Of a stretch of 64,000 nucleotides of DNA, positions 62,836 to 64,000 are shown one piece after another. The DNA comes from Pseudovirgaria hyperparasitica. Lineage: Eukaryota. The notes under the pieces were generated by a model, which saw only the letters and a list, made by a program, of their open reading frames with translations, ran no database searches and was not told the DNA's origin. Location: assembly GCA_010093815.1 (NCBI GenBank), contig ML996565.1. One strand, written 5' to 3'. Made by a program: the position numbers and the translations under genes. The number at the start of each line of letters is the position of its first letter. Within the stretch, counting starts at the first letter, position 1.

Positions 62836-64000
62836 ATGACGCACCGCTCTTCGACAGGCGATCTGGGTCACTACGACGACGATTCTCGACCACAACGATG
62901 GGACCGAGAGAGGTTTGAGCGTATTCGAAGCCGTGGTCCTGAGAGCCGAGAGTCGTTTCGTTTCGAAGAGCGCGACTCTGGGCACGGCAGACGAGGCTAC
63001 GACACCGAAATTGACATTACGGAGCGCAATCGTGGAGGCCGTACTCGCATCGAGGTCATCGACCGAGACTACGAAGACGAAAGACCTACGCGACGCCGTC
63101 CAGAGTTCCTGGATCGCCATGAGCCGACACCATCAGAAGTCAACAAGACTGCGCTTGCTCCCTACCGGCGCAAGTCTATCGTAGAACGAGATCTCGATCC
63201 ACCAGCCCGCCGTCCCGCTCGGCCTCAGTTCGTTCGCCGACAATCATCCCTTGACACGTTTGATAGACGCCCAATTGCACGGTATGGAGACCGAGAAAAA
63301 GAGGAATGGCGTCCACCTACAAATGTTCCGATTCCTCTTCCCTTCCGCGAGCGCCGCCGCAAGCCTACATATGATGATTATGATGACTACGAGGAGATCA
63401 GGTACAGAGACTATGAGCCCGACAGTAGAGAGGAATATCGCGATATCGAGATTCGACGCGAGAGAAGCACTCGACGGCGACGGCGGTCTGGACGCTCTAA
63501 ACGAGCTCCGTCTTCATCAAGCTCCTCTAGTGCCAGCACTCAACGTCCAAGCGTGAAGGCCTCTAGTGTCCACACTCCCAGTGTACACAGTGTCAGCGTA
63601 CATCATGTTCATGAGCCCAGTGTTCACGAGTCCAGTGTTCACGAGCCCAGTGTTCATGAGCCTCCACCTCCGCCACTCCCAGGCAAAAAGGGCAGGACCA
63701 GGATGCCAAAGCGCCTTGTGCATATCAACGCGCTCATAGAAAAGGGCTATGAATTTGATGACGAGGTGAGTAACGTTCTTTCCTTGATATGGTTGACCGC
63801 GAGATCTCATCGTCTTATAGGAAGATTTCCTGGTCGTGCGACGTGCTTTGGAGAAAGAGCAGATCGATGAAGTGATAAAGATTAGCGAGGGCTACAAAGA
63901 AAGTGAGTGTTTTGTGACTGTTGAGCAATATTCATTTCTGACATATCAGGCCGCGTAACATACCGCTACGAAGACACTGGAGAGCCAGCACCTCCACCAC
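62836..64000 (+). CDS. Conserved fungal Arg/Glu/Pro-rich protein (DUF8035-like); runs off window
   Basis: RWDRERFE, RPQFVRRQSSLDTFDRRP, PIPLP, KKGRTRMPKRLVHINALIEKGYEFDDE|EDFLVVRRALEKEQIDEVI. Introns 63766-63820 and about 63903-63949. The family name is from memory. Confidence 0.8.

Overview
Eukaryotic DNA from a filamentous ascomycete (Pezizomycotina-type genes, short GT-AG introns with CTRAC branch points, RIP-like AT-rich relics); the species cannot be determined here. About 20 protein-coding loci are supported. In order they are: an Msb2-type signalling mucin (runs off the left edge), a small kinase-like gene inside an AT-rich island, DUF3431, an atypical protein kinase, an AsaB/CmcJ-like oxygenase, a Rad4/XPC-family gene, a PTH11-like GPCR, an SDR, a CSC1/OSCA channel, a HET-domain locus, an AlcS/GPR1-FUN34-YaaH transporter, an HD-domain nucleotidase, HAUS6-like, an orphan, VMA7, NPC2, NUP170, AIM41, a stop-interrupted secreted-protein gene, and a gene running off the right edge. 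The standout is 35705-39012. One uninterrupted ORF joins a Ser/Thr stalk and a single transmembrane helix to a cytoplasmic HET-6-type HET domain. Directly upstream lie signal-peptide and Cys-rich exons. This suggests a Toll-like-receptor-style fungal surface receptor with a HET (TIR-like) effector, although its 5' junction appears frameshifted in this sequence. No tRNA, rRNA, CRISPR array or intact transposon was recognised. All product calls come from motif recognition by eye, not from database searches.
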